In this document: one piece after another, positions 48,687 through 60,100 of the stretch
Position numbering within the stretch: position 1 is the first letter of the stretch
Layout: each line of letters starts with the position of its first letter
Origin: Penicillus capitatus
Lineage: Eukaryota > Plantae > Chlorophyta
DNA length: 64,000 nt
Direction: 5' to 3'
Assembly: GCA_965649825.1 (NCBI GenBank)
Contig: OZ287694.1
Coordinates: 309,197-373,196, forward strand
The notes under the pieces: generated by a model
Seen by the model: only the letters and a program-made list of their open reading frames with translations
What the model was told of the DNA's origin: nothing
Database searches by the model: none
Made by a program: the position numbers and the translations under genes

Positions 48687-50601
48687 ATGTTTGCCTACCG
48701 CGCCGCCATTTTCACATGCCTCTTTCTCTTGGCCGACCGCGATGGAGGAACGGTTTCACTCGCCAGGGCAGCGACAGAGGAATGGCACACGACAGAGGGA
48801 TACTCCAGCGACGCGGCTCACGAATCGCAGACTTCGCATTCGCCTTCGGTTACGTTCGCCGACGCGGACGGCCATCGTGTTTGCGAGGGGACACTTGTGA
48901 CGCCGCTTCACGTCCTGACAGCAGCTTCCTGCGTCGACGACAGTGTCACTGGCTTCGACCCGTCTCAATTATCTGTCGTTATTGCCACCGCGGATGACGG
49001 CGGCTCGACTGCGATTGGCAAAGGTATTCTCTAGACCGAAATGACTGAAGGGTGACGTTCGTTTCTCAGAGGCCAGAATCGGTATCTCTCGCGTCGAGGC
49101 CCACGAGGCATACAGAAAGGGGAATGGATACAGGGCACAGTACGATGTCGCCTCTGTCGAACTGAAGGAACCCGCGACGTCTGTCGCCATATCATCGCTT
49201 ATCCCGGAATCGTCAGCCGGCTGCAGCAATATCGACTTCGCCGGTGTGGCAGTGCGTCGAGCAATGACGGCAGCAAATTGGATCGGTACACTTTTTAACA
49301 CACACCGTCTCTCACTCGAAACCATCCAGAAATGCACAGCAGGCCGAGAGACGTTCGTCTGCATCGCCAACGTGTCGATCGTTAGATGATGGAGGATGCT
49401 TTACTTAGGAGTGGCGATGGGGATTGGGCGGAGATAACCATCTGTGCTTTTGCCAGTCGCGAACGAGACTTCAGAGATCTTGGCCGAGGCATTCTGTGCT
49501 CACAGGGATTCGGAAGGCCGCCTCTTCTTGTTGGTCTCGTCACCAAGATGGCAGATAAGTCGAATGGTGACCGATCCCCCTTCTCCATCACTATCCCGGT
49601 CGCTTTTCTAACTGTCGATACCAATCAGAAGACAAAGCCAGGCATTCCTCCACTGCTTGCCGAAGATGCCAGCGAAGCCACCCCTGTGCTGGATTACGAG
49701 GAGAAACCCACCCCTGTGTTGGATTACGAGGAGAAATTCATACCTGTATTGAGTTCCGAGGAGATACTCAGCCCTGTGTTGAAACACGTAACTGTAAAAT
49801 TTGAAGCGGAGTATAAGCCCGTTATGCATGGCGAGGATGTTTGGGAGGTCAGTTGCCCGTATGCTACTTCTATCTGGCTAAACAACGAGGCTCATTATTG
49901 CAACGGTGCACTCATCAGTTCCAAACACGTGCTGACTGTCGCATCGTGTGCGGAGCGATTTCATGACCCATCTAAAGTCACCTGTAAAATCGGCGATGTC
50001 CACATCCGTGACGAAGAAAGGGGTCCTGGTGCCGAGACGATAACGGCATCCAAGATCGTCATGCCTCCTCGACAACGCCACAAGAAGGCCAAGTTCGCTA
50101 TCATTGTCCTGGAGACAGAATCCATATATTTTCCCGCTCAGCTGCCCGAACCAGGTCAGCCAAATCGACATCTGATGAAATCGTATATTCGTTCGTACAG
50201 GTGCCGATGACTGCAAGAATGGGCTCAGCGTAGTTGTTTTGGGCTGGGGGCCGACGTCACCTGGCCAAGAGTATTCACCAATCCTCCAGCAAGGAAACGT
50301 CAATTGCATGAATCACGAGACCTGCCGAGATAGGTATTCTTCCAAACTACCGAGGCTCGAGGAAGACGAGCTGTGTTCCTACAATCCAAACGCCGGAGCA
50401 TCCATCTGCAACCGAGATGACGGAACCGCAATGGTGGCATGGAGAAATGACGCCGATCGGGGCGGAGAATTTCTCATCGCAATGGCTGGAAGCAGCACTA
50501 AGACAACGGACTGCGCCGAACTCCCTTCAAAATTCATCAACATCGTGCCACACTTGGAATGGATCCAAAGCGTCTTGGAGACAGAGAAGGGGACGGAATG
50601 A
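48687..50601 (+). CDS. Tandem trypsin-like serine protease homolog, catalytically inactive, copy B
   Basis: Near-identical to copy A except in the linker repeats and a C-terminal loop; same loss of catalytic residues. Confidence 0.85.
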
Positions 50602-50605
50602 ATGA

Positions 50606-52270
50606 CTAGAGGGTGACGATGATGTTGTCCATTATTTCGTTACATGCTCTGGGGTGCCGAGCGTTCACGATTCCGCTGTCGCCGCCGACGTTAGCGTTCA
50701 CGTTCCGTGCGTTCATCGACGGACAACGTTGCCGAATCTCGCGCACCGCCTGCCGGCGATGCAATTTCAATGTCCATCTCGCAATTTCTGTGGAAGTCAC
50801 CGATCGGCCATGTGAATCCTTCATGCAGATGCACACATTCACTCCCGTGTCCACCTTTCGAGTGCAGCAAAGACTCAACCGGCAGCCTCTCTCCTGCAAG
50901 ATCCAGAGATTCTGGAGGTACGCGGTTCTGATTTTCGCAGCGTCTTGAGATGTCCGCAATAAACGTCACATCACTTCAAAGACTCGTTCGTACTCCAAGT
51001 GGCGGTACGATCAGAGCGTGACGACGCACGGGACCACGAAGCAGGATTCTGTCCAGGCTTGTCGACTGGCAATCCAAGAACGTGACGTTCTACACTCTTG
51101 GACGAAGCTGAATGCATGTTCGTTCGCAGTTTAGACTGCAGACATCTGTCGGTGGAACTCGGCAATGCACAGTCGAGTGGTGGCAAGCGGCGCTCTCCTT
51201 CCATCACAGCCGCCGGTAGAGACGAGGCGAGAACGGGATCGTGTTGCCGGGAGAGGCCGAAGCTTGGACGAGTCGAAGATTCTATGCACGACGGAGTGCA
51301 TCTGTACATGCCGATCAGCATCAAGAAGAGGATGGCTGGCATTTTAACCGCACGAGACTCTTACGTTCTTGTCTCTCGTGCCGAAGAGAGTGATATCTTC
51401 TTGCAAGAGGAGGGTAAAGGACAGACGTAGGAGTTGGAAGGAGAAGTGATTGACGTGACAACGCCTTCGTCAGCATTGGACATCGCAACTGGTGCATTGT
51501 CGTCTCTCTCTGTCCGTCAGTCGATACGCAGATCGTTGTCAGACGTCCAAGAGTATTTCCGACGCTCCGTAACCCGGACTGCCCTCAGCGGCTCGCAGAA
51601 AACAGGCAACGGCATCCGTCGAGTGTATGTCGTACGCTTTTGGAAACGCATCTAGATTCTGACAGCAGTCAGCCACGTCAGACGCACACGAGGTCCGAAC
51701 ATAGCAGGCTCTAAGTTTCTTTAATGTCAGCAACCGTCTGGTGCTTTTACCGATTACCGTGTTCTTGCTTACCTTGACGCTGATTGACCCGATTGCGAAT
51801 CCTCCTGTAGGATCTCTGATCGAGGGTTTGTGCACTGACGCAAAAAATGATATGGAGATCGGGAGAGTCAGACGACTGCGAGCGCTGTCTACGTCCTGCG
51901 CTGAATTTCGATGCATTCCAGATCACTCTGTCGATGCGGCATGCAAGCATTCATGTACTTACTGTCTGGTCTTAAAGAGTGTGTAATGTAGGTCTTTAGA
52001 GTCGATGTGTTCGATCGCCTCTCTCGCAGACAGAGCACATCACCGAGAAGATCCTTCAAGAAGTGTGACGGGACACAGTCCCTTTCGCATTCTCTCGATG
52101 AAGCACAGTCCTGTGCATGGGATACCTCAGCTGATAATTTCTTACATCTATTACTCTCTGATAGCTTCTCAGATTCCTGTTGTTTGTTGCGTGAATTGGG
52201 TCCTTGAAGATGTCTTACGAAGGAGTCTTTTTCGTCTTGCCATATGGAAGACACGTACTGGAGACGAGTG
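50606..52270 (-). CDS. Hypothetical multi-exon gene, copy B
   Basis: Paralog of 27106-28790. Confidence 0.45.
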
Positions 52271-53816
52271 AATGTAACTGTGTGAACGAATGACTGACTC
52301 TAAGGGCTCACCTGAATCTTATCCAGACTGCTGTACTCAGTCGTACGTTAGCAGACGTGAAGCTGTGACACTGCAGCCATGGTTTTGGATAGCTGCTGCT
52401 TTTGTTTTCTTGCTCCGTTACTGAGAGGTCACCTTCGCTGGCGTTTGTCATCTTATCAAAGGTAAGGTGTTTCATGCACTTCCCACGCGCATCGGATAAT
52501 CATCGCCGTCTCTTTTCGTTATTTGACGATGCGGATACAAACAGTCGAGGTAACCGTGGCGGAAAAAAGATGTTCATCTGTGAGACGCCGCCAAACAAAC
52601 ACCGCGTTGACGCGCTCTGAATTCCGTCGCGGAACCGACGTCAATAAGCTCTTCTATCGCATACCTTAGCTTACCTTAAGCGCGCCGTTTTGGATTCGCG
52701 TCGTCCGCGCGTTTGCTGATGTCGCGTTCTCGTCGTCGTTCCTCCAACCTGCCGACGTTGCACGAGCTTCTTTGTTTATGACTCCCGTCCGTCCTTTTTA
52801 AAGAAAAGCGAATCTAAGAACCACCGCGTCGACGCTTGTTCTCAGACGGACAGCTGTCTTCACACGGCGCGCTTCTACAATTCAAGCCGCGTGGCACTGA
52901 CGCGTGTTCTTTCTGGACAACTTCTCTCCGTGCCGGGAAAAGGAACCGAACGAAATTGCTGTGCGTATCCGACTCAGGCGTCAGCCTCGAAGTCCAATCA
53001 AACGCAAATGCGTCGCAGCCAGCACAGGACGACCTGGTCGGATATTGCTGACGCAGAGTCGAGGCGCCCGATCCTATAAAAGGCAGCTTTGCTGCGACTT
53101 TTCACCATCAGTCGCTTTTGGCCTTCGCTCCTCTATCGACCTCGTTTGTTCCAGTCCTTGAAGACTTACCTTTCTCTCGTCGCTGTTCTATCGAAGATGA
53201 GATTCGCCATTGGTCTGCTCGTCTGCCTGCTCTTCGCGGTGCGGACGTCGCGTCTTTGTCGAGCGGCGCGTTGATACCTGTGTGTCGCAGGGAACGCATT
53301 CCGTCGTCGGACAGTGCTCAAACGAACCGTGCTTAGGTTTGGTTATCGATTCCGCGACGTGCTGAACGAACCGTCGATGTCTGCGTACAGGCTGCGGCGA
53401 TATCTATCTTGGCACAGTGTGGCCGAATGGCGATTTAGAACCTTCTCCCGTTCCTGATATTGCGGACGAGAATGCGTGCTGTGACGCGTGCAGCGCCAAC
53501 ACAGGTGGTTCGCCGTTCTCATGTCGACTTCGGCGCTGATGTGACTGTTGTGCTCAATACGCCAGACTGCAAGGCATTCATCTTTCAAGACGGAGCGTGC
53601 TATCTCAAAGATCAGATCAACCACCCCAGAGACTGCATGTCATGCCTCGGAGTGAACTTTGAAGAGCCTGTAGGTGCGTCTGCACATGGACGCTCGGACG
53701 AATGTCGCGTCGTAGGCGCTGGACGGCAAATACAGTCCTGACTACGGTCACGACAGATACGGAGGAGACATCGCTGTCGGCGGTCCCAACTTCGAAGGCG
53801 TCCAAGACCCGAACGT

Positions 53817-54120
53817 TGTCGCGTAGGGTTTTAGATGGAAACAATTTAAACGGTGGGCGCACGTAAACCTTTGAAACGTAAAGTCTTACAAACGAAAGAC
53901 AAGATCTGTACATCTACAACGCTTTTATAGGGTACTTTATTTTAAGTAACAAAAAGGAATATTCTGCGAAGATTCCGGAATCTGCTTGGAATCTGTGACG
54001 TAGAGCCGCGGGTCTATTTGTGGATGGAAGCTATAGAGAACCTACGACCTGTCACTTGGAGATCGACACAAGTGTAAGTAGATGAGCGCATTATCGTGAG
54101 CGCTACGCCTTAACACGACA
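53817..54120 (-). repeat. 3' LTR of element 2
   Basis: Direct repeat of 60299-60602; contains TTTGTAAG on the sense strand (TGTAA is the chlorophyte poly(A) signal). Confidence 0.95.
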
Positions 54121-54129
54121 TGGGCCCAC

Positions 54130-57072
54130 CTATCTTCTGTCTAATCTCCGAAGGAAGTCACGATGGACATTGTGCAGCGTCGAACCGTTGGGCATACGGA
54201 TATCCCAACGGTGGTCACTATGTTCCTTCACTACAACACAAGGAGAGACCCATTTGGAGTATAGTTTGGAGTCGAGGCGGTCGGCCAACTTTGAGTTGTA
54301 CCACGAGACCTCTGCTCCCACTTCCATGGGACGGTTCTTGACTTTCTTGTGGTGTCTTGTCTTATTTTGCTGGTGTGCCTTAATTATTCGTTGATAAGCT
54401 AGTCCTCGGTCGGTGTCCAGCTGTTGTGGACTAGTTATCGTGCCGTTCCGTTGTGTGCCAGTTAGAAGGTATTGTGGACAGAACAGAGTCGTACTATGAA
54501 TCGTTCGGTTGATTTCATGCACGCTCGTGCTCACATGTGTCGTCCAATCACCCCCCTTTTCCGCCCATATCCTCCGAAGTCGATTTACGAGGTTTCGGTT
54601 GAACGCCTCGACAGTGCCTGCACTTTTGTGGGAATAGGTTGGGGTGTGTAGAATGTCTATTCCGTGCTGTGCGCAGGTACTCTCGAAGCTCCTGGCAATG
54701 AAGGCGCTTCCGTTGTCGCACAGGATCCTCTGTGGAGCCCCAAAGTTTCGTGCCCATTCGAGTACCAGCTTAATAGCCTGTGCTGCCGAGCACGTCTTAC
54801 ATGGGCGCCCCACGCCGAACTTAGTGAAAGCGTCGATCCCGGTAGCGATATACCGAAACCCATGGCTGCCACGGTTCAGCGGTCCTATGAAGTCTAGACA
54901 CAGTGTGTGGTTCGGGGATGGACTGTCAATCATACCCAAGTCCACCTCAGATCGTGGGTTGCGAAACATTTGGCACGTCTCGCAGTTATTGACGTAATCT
55001 CGCACGTCATTGAAGTCGTTCGTCCAGCGGGTACCGTCGGACCGCAGGTTCAGGAATGTCTTCTTGACCCCGAAGTGGCCTGCATGCGCCTTCTTGATGA
55101 GCTCGGTCCGTTCTTCCGGAGTATAGGATACGGAGTTCACTTGATATCCCTGTTGCTTCTTCTTGGTGTGAAATTCGACAGGTGCGTTGTCTCTCCATCG
55201 GCTGAGAAGATCCGCTATCACGTTGTCCTTCCCCTCTACAAAACAGAAGTGGAGACGATCATGGGAAAAGTGGTGCCGGAGCCAGCAATGCTGTCTCTGG
55301 ATCCGGAGGTCCTTGAACTTGTGCAGGAATGTTGGCTCCTTGAGCCAATTGACCGTCGCCATGTTGTCGGAGTAAACGAATACCTCCGTCTGCTTGATCA
55401 CAAAGTAACATTCCTTCAAGGCCCGTACTATTCCCATCAATTCTCCCAGAAAACTTCCGACCCTCTGTTTCGTCGTGAAGGAGCCAAAGAGAACAGGTTG
55501 CAAGGTCGAGTTAAGCAAAACGTATCCGAACTGGTTGAGTGGGTTACCACACCAATCCGTATACAGATGGAATGGCCCCCTTCTTTCCAACGTCAGTCGG
55601 TACGTACTGATGCACAGAGATTGAACTGCGTCCTTGTAGATCTCGTCAGCTTTGGTGTAGTCATTGTGTTCGCGCTTCAGGAATGGCTTGAGCCGCGTAA
55701 CGATCGCGTCGTATTTGTAACAGTACTGTGCCAGTTGCTGGCACAGACCCATGGCCTTCTGAACGTCGTGACGTGATGTGATTGTCGGCAACTTCTGGAG
55801 TATGGCCTGGGCCCTGTGGTAGGGGTTTAGCGTCCCGGCACTCAGCTCAGTACCCAGAAAGCTCACCGACGTCTCAAACCAGTCACACTTTTGGCAGTTG
55901 ATCGTCAGGCCATATTCGTCGAAACGTTTCAATAAAAGCTTGGTCTTGTCGAGGAGTTCCTCCTCGGTTTCGCCGCCGATCAATATGTCATCAAAGTATC
56001 GGACCACATCCAACCCTTGTAGGATGTGGGTCATGCGGTTATTGAAAAGCTCCGGACTGACGTTGACGCCTTGCGGCAGTCTCCGAAAGCCGTACGTCAC
56101 GCCGTTCCAATGTAGTGCAAAGAAAAGCGAGATATCGTCGTCGATGGGGATGGAGCCGTAGCCGTGAACAATGTCCACGATGGTGTATACGGTCCACTTG
56201 GGATCCACCTTCTGGATGATGCTGGACACCGGAATGATGGTCCCCCCTTGCGTTCCTTCGAGGTACGTGTTGATGTCGCGGAAGTCAATGGTGGGCCGGA
56301 TCTTGCCATTCGGTTTGCGTATAAAGTTTAAAGGTGCTACGACAGCGTGTATTGCCTCTGCAACAGACAGCTGTCGTATAACACCCTCCTTGTGTAGCGA
56401 ATCGATCTCTTTTGAGATCTCTTCGTTGGTGAGATCTGAGACGTAGTTCTCCCTCCAGCATGGCTTAGGCTCACCGTGCCAACAAAGATCCCTGTTGCGT
56501 ACCCTGATGTCCCACAGCCTGCTGGTCGTCGGGCGAATGGTGTCCGAAAAGACCAGGGGAAATTCTTCTCTTAGCCGAGCCACTATCGCATCCTTGTCGA
56601 TTGGTGTAGTGATGCTCATGATATTGACACGTTTGGTCTTTATTCGCAGCGGGTACTCTGTCCCATCAACATCGACGATGGATTCCACGTCACCCTTGGC
56701 ACAGCACAATCGCATCTTGCTGGTGATATGCTGTGGAACATCGGATTGGTTGAAGATTACCACGCTGATCTGACCATTCGTGTGTACCTTGACCTTGCAG
56801 AAAATGTTTTTATTGTGGGTGCAGTCAAAGAATGCAGTCCAGGTTGTTGTTTCCGAGAACTTGAAAGGTAAGATGATACGGCGACTCCGAAAGGGTCCTA
56901 ACACAAAACTTCTCCCTGCCATGAAGACGATCCAGCCGTTTTGCTTGAATGGGAATAGCTCCCGGTCAATGGATTCTGTGACTTGGAGTGGTGAAGGTGT
57001 TAGTCTTTCTTCTTGTCTATTTGGCGGTGTCTCGTCGTTCCAGTTCGATTTCACTAGTACCAGGCGTTTCAC
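54130..57072 (-). CDS. pol: Pol of element 2: dUTPase-like region, RT, RNase H, integrase
   Basis: RPTIDFR, VDIVHGY, LPQG, YFDD; TDW, ELMGI, SDN, NVIADLLSR; HAGH...CETC; LDF, CDN, VEA. Confidence 0.95.
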   Translation of the reverse strand: MKRLVLVKSNWNDETPPNRQEERLTPSPLQVTESIDRELFPFKQNGWIVFMAGRSFVLGPFRSRRIILPFKFSETTTWTAFFDCTHNKNIFCKVKVHTNGQISVVIFNQSDVPQHITSKMRLCCAKGDVESIVDVDGTEYPLRIKTKRVNIMSITTPIDKDAIVARLREEFPLVFSDTIRPTTSRLWDIRVRNRDLCWHGEPKPCWRENYVSDLTNEEISKEIDSLHKEGVIRQLSVAEAIHAVVAPLNFIRKPNGKIRPTIDFRDINTYLEGTQGGTIIPVSSIIQKVDPKWTVYTIVDIVHGYGSIPIDDDISLFFALHWNGVTYGFRRLPQGVNVSPELFNNRMTHILQGLDVVRYFDDILIGGETEEELLDKTKLLLKRFDEYGLTINCQKCDWFETSVSFLGTELSAGTLNPYHRAQAILQKLPTITSRHDVQKAMGLCQQLAQYCYKYDAIVTRLKPFLKREHNDYTKADEIYKDAVQSLCISTYRLTLERRGPFHLYTDWCGNPLNQFGYVLLNSTLQPVLFGSFTTKQRVGSFLGELMGIVRALKECYFVIKQTEVFVYSDNMATVNWLKEPTFLHKFKDLRIQRQHCWLRHHFSHDRLHFCFVEGKDNVIADLLSRWRDNAPVEFHTKKKQQGYQVNSVSYTPEERTELIKKAHAGHFGVKKTFLNLRSDGTRWTNDFNDVRDYVNNCETCQMFRNPRSEVDLGMIDSPSPNHTLCLDFIGPLNRGSHGFRYIATGIDAFTKFGVGRPCKTCSAAQAIKLVLEWARNFGAPQRILCDNGSAFIARSFESTCAQHGIDILHTPTYSHKSAGTVEAFNRNLVNRLRRIWAEKGGDWTTHVSTSVHEINRTIHSTTLFCPQYLLTGTQRNGTITSPQQLDTDRGLAYQRIIKAHQQNKTRHHKKVKNRPMEVGAEVSWYNSKLADRLDSKLYSKWVSPCVVVKEHSDHRWDIRMPNGSTLHNVHRDFLRRLDRR

Positions 57073-57096
57073 GTGCGGCTTCTGTTGTGCGTCATG

Positions 57097-57132
57097 CGCC
57101 TGCTGAAAAACAGGCTGGTCCCTCAGTTTTTT
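57097..57132 (-). promoter_or_regulatory. -1 frameshift signal of element 2
   Basis: TCA AAA AAC TGA contains A AAA AAC; downstream stem GCCTG(T)...(G)CAGGC; the -1 frame reads KKLRDQPVFQQAHDAQQKPHVKRLVLVKS into Pol. Confidence 0.8.
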
Positions 57133-60100
57133 GAAACAGAAACGTTGTGGATGAGTATTTTGTTACCTTTGTCGTCATAGACTGCATCCTCCTCGCAGTT
57201 GAGCTGCAACTTGAATGCCTGAAGGGCCTGCATTCCCAGAATCGGGCGTTGGACACCTTCACAGACGACAAATGGTATCTCGGCGCTCTGTTTCCCGAGG
57301 GTGCACAACAAAGAGATCTCGCCACTCGTCTTGGTCGTCTTGTTGTTAAAGCTGGTCACGTCCCGAACTTTCGACGACCTTAGGACCAAGTTGTGTTTCC
57401 TCGCCAGCTTCGCTGGAAGGACATTCGTTTGCGCACCGGTATCCAGCAGGCAAGAGATCTTTCCGGCAATGTCCTCCATGCTGAGTGGGACATTGTACTG
57501 TAACATCCTTCGAGACTCTTGGCGCTGTACCGGATTCGTCTGTGCCACGGTCCTTGATTCTGGTGCCTTTGGAGTTTTCGTGACCGTGGGGCAGTCCTTC
57601 CAGGAGTGGCCTTTCTGACCGCATCTTTCGCAGGTGTGCCCGACGTCTTGACGCATGTTCTTCCGGCCATCCGCCCTGGCGTGTCCTCGACTGTTCTGTT
57701 CCTGTTCCTGTTCCAGACACTCGTCGATGATCAGTTGCACACGCGGCCAATTCTCTGCATTTCCCCACGGCAACCCACGCAGGCGTGACTGGATGTGTGC
57801 ATTCGCGATGTTGAAGATCCGCTCAGTCGCTGTAGCGTACTTGAGTGGGTCTTGTACCAACTCAAGTAGCTTCGACATTCTTCGTGCGAACTGAGACAGA
57901 TTCTCCTTTCGTTTGGGCAACAGCGTGTGCACGTCCTTCATAGAGGGTCCCTTCTCGTTTTGTCTTGTGGGTGCGTGATTTCTTGTTGTGCCGGGGGTTG
58001 TGGCATTCTTTCCCTGACGCTTCTGTTCCTCTTGCTGTCGTTGCGTGGCCTTTCGAACGTCAGGTGACAATTCAGGGTGATGCTGCTCACAGCTAACCTG
58101 CTGAATTCGTGTCCGACCTTCGACTGCTTCTAATCGCTGTCCGAGACTGGTAAAACTCGCCCCAATACTTTCCTCCAACCTCCCTTGTCTATTGACAAGT
58201 CTGCCTTCGAGTTCTTCGGCACGTCTCATGAGCTCCTCTTGCATTGTCTGTATACCTTCCATCAGGGATTGTATTAAGCCTCCTTGTTCAGTGTCTCGAC
58301 GGGCCTCCGGTAGCGGATCTGGGTGGATTTCAGTCACTATATTCTGTTGGTTCGCCCGTCGTGGCGACTGTTGAGACGGCGGAGACGGCGGCGACTGCTG
58401 AGACGGCGGAGACGGCGGCGACTGCTGAGACGGCGGAGACGGCGGCGACTGCTGAGACGGCGGAGACGGCGGAGATTGCTGCGTGGTCAGTTGTTGAGTC
58501 AGCTGCCGTGCCTGATCTTTGTGTCCCCGTAGCAGATTCCAAATGATCCTAAGTAGCCACCAAATCCCCTGCGTCACGGCTACGATTTGCATCACCACCT
58601 TGCGGATGTTCCTGAATACTTTCAAGATCCACGCGGCAACTTTGTATAAAAGCATAGCAGCGCCTAGCAACTGCCAGCCGTTTCCTGTAGCCAGGGCGCT
58701 ACGAATTGCTTTGATTCCAAATTTATCCCATAGTGTGCCCAACACCCATGTAACTGCGTTATCACGGGTACCGGTTAGCCATTTTATAGAGCGGTCGAGG
58801 AATGTATCATTCCCGCGACTGCTCCCCCAACCGTTAGCCTGGCTTTCGCAGATGCAGTCGTCTAGAGCCGTCTTCATGTTGCATGTATGTTCGTTGATCT
58901 TGTTTATTGTCTCGCGGATATTACTGAGAGTGTCATTGAGGTGCTGCCAATCGACGTTAGAACTCTTAGCATGTGACTCTTGCGACGTTTCAGGTCCTTG
59001 GCTGTCTGTCGACGAACCATTTACAGTGAGGTTCAGGAACTGGGTGATGCCGTCCAAGGTCTCTGCGACGTGTCGCACTTCTCCTACGAGAGAGGACTTC
59101 CTAGATGGGAAGTTGTTGATGATCGAGACTGTCGCAGTCGTCAACAAGCTCGCTGGGGAGAATACGGACAACACACCTCTGTTTGTTGCCCAGTTGATGA
59201 TCCCATGAGTAGTAAGACCTACGACAGCACTAGTGATCATTGCGTCAACATATTCTGGCCAAGTGATGTCGATTCCCATTCTGAAGTCCGGAATCATGTA
59301 CCAAGATTGTTCATCTTCGACAGGTAGAGCATTTCCCATCTCGTGCAGGTTGAAGACATTTTCTGGGGGGAGTTCTTGTTCTGTCCATTGGTCTTCGGAC
59401 TCTTCGGACTCTTCGGACTCTTCGGACTCTTCGGGATCGGATCGCGGAGCCTCTTCGTCGAATAGATCTTCCGCCAATTCTACCGGAATCTCGTATTCGT
59501 CATACTCGAGTTCGTATGCTTCTGCGCTGGGTTCCGTGTCCAGCGGTAAGTCCGTATTATTCTGCACGTCTTCATGTTCTGCGACGGGGATAGCGAACTC
59601 AAAACGCCTGCGGAGGGCTCTCGCCGATCCTGCTATGGTACGTCTGTCTTCTTCGGCATGTGTGTCTTCGCACACGAGGTCGTGTACCTTCTGTCTAGAC
59701 GCGTCCAGCAGTGTCTTTTGTTCCCACGTCTGTGAATGAGTGCCAGGGATCAGTAGAAAGAAGGACATTCCTGTAGCTAGCAACGGTTTTCCTCCCCAAT
59801 AGACCAGGGAACCTTCGCCGAGAAGCATGATCAGCATATTGGCTTCCTCGTACGTAATGCCTTCGCTTGCGTCATAGAAGATGATGCCGTTAGGGCACTC
59901 TTTGACGAAGACCGCGATCTCCCTTTGAATTATTCTAGCCTCATCCACAGATTTGGATTGCGGTTTAATATACTTGAAACAACTACTCTTTTGCAGACTA
60001 GGCTCAGTCTTGATTCCGTTAACCAGCGAGTCGCATGTACTTGTCGTACAGTAGAGAATTGTAGACGTCGCTTTATCGTAAAAATTGTTGCCTACCTTGT

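Noticed and set aside
54907-55776. 289-aa plus-strand ORF and other long antisense ORFs over pol, gag and Pmp repeats
   Set aside because: These are mirror frames of strongly coding minus-strand ORFs, with no independent motifs.
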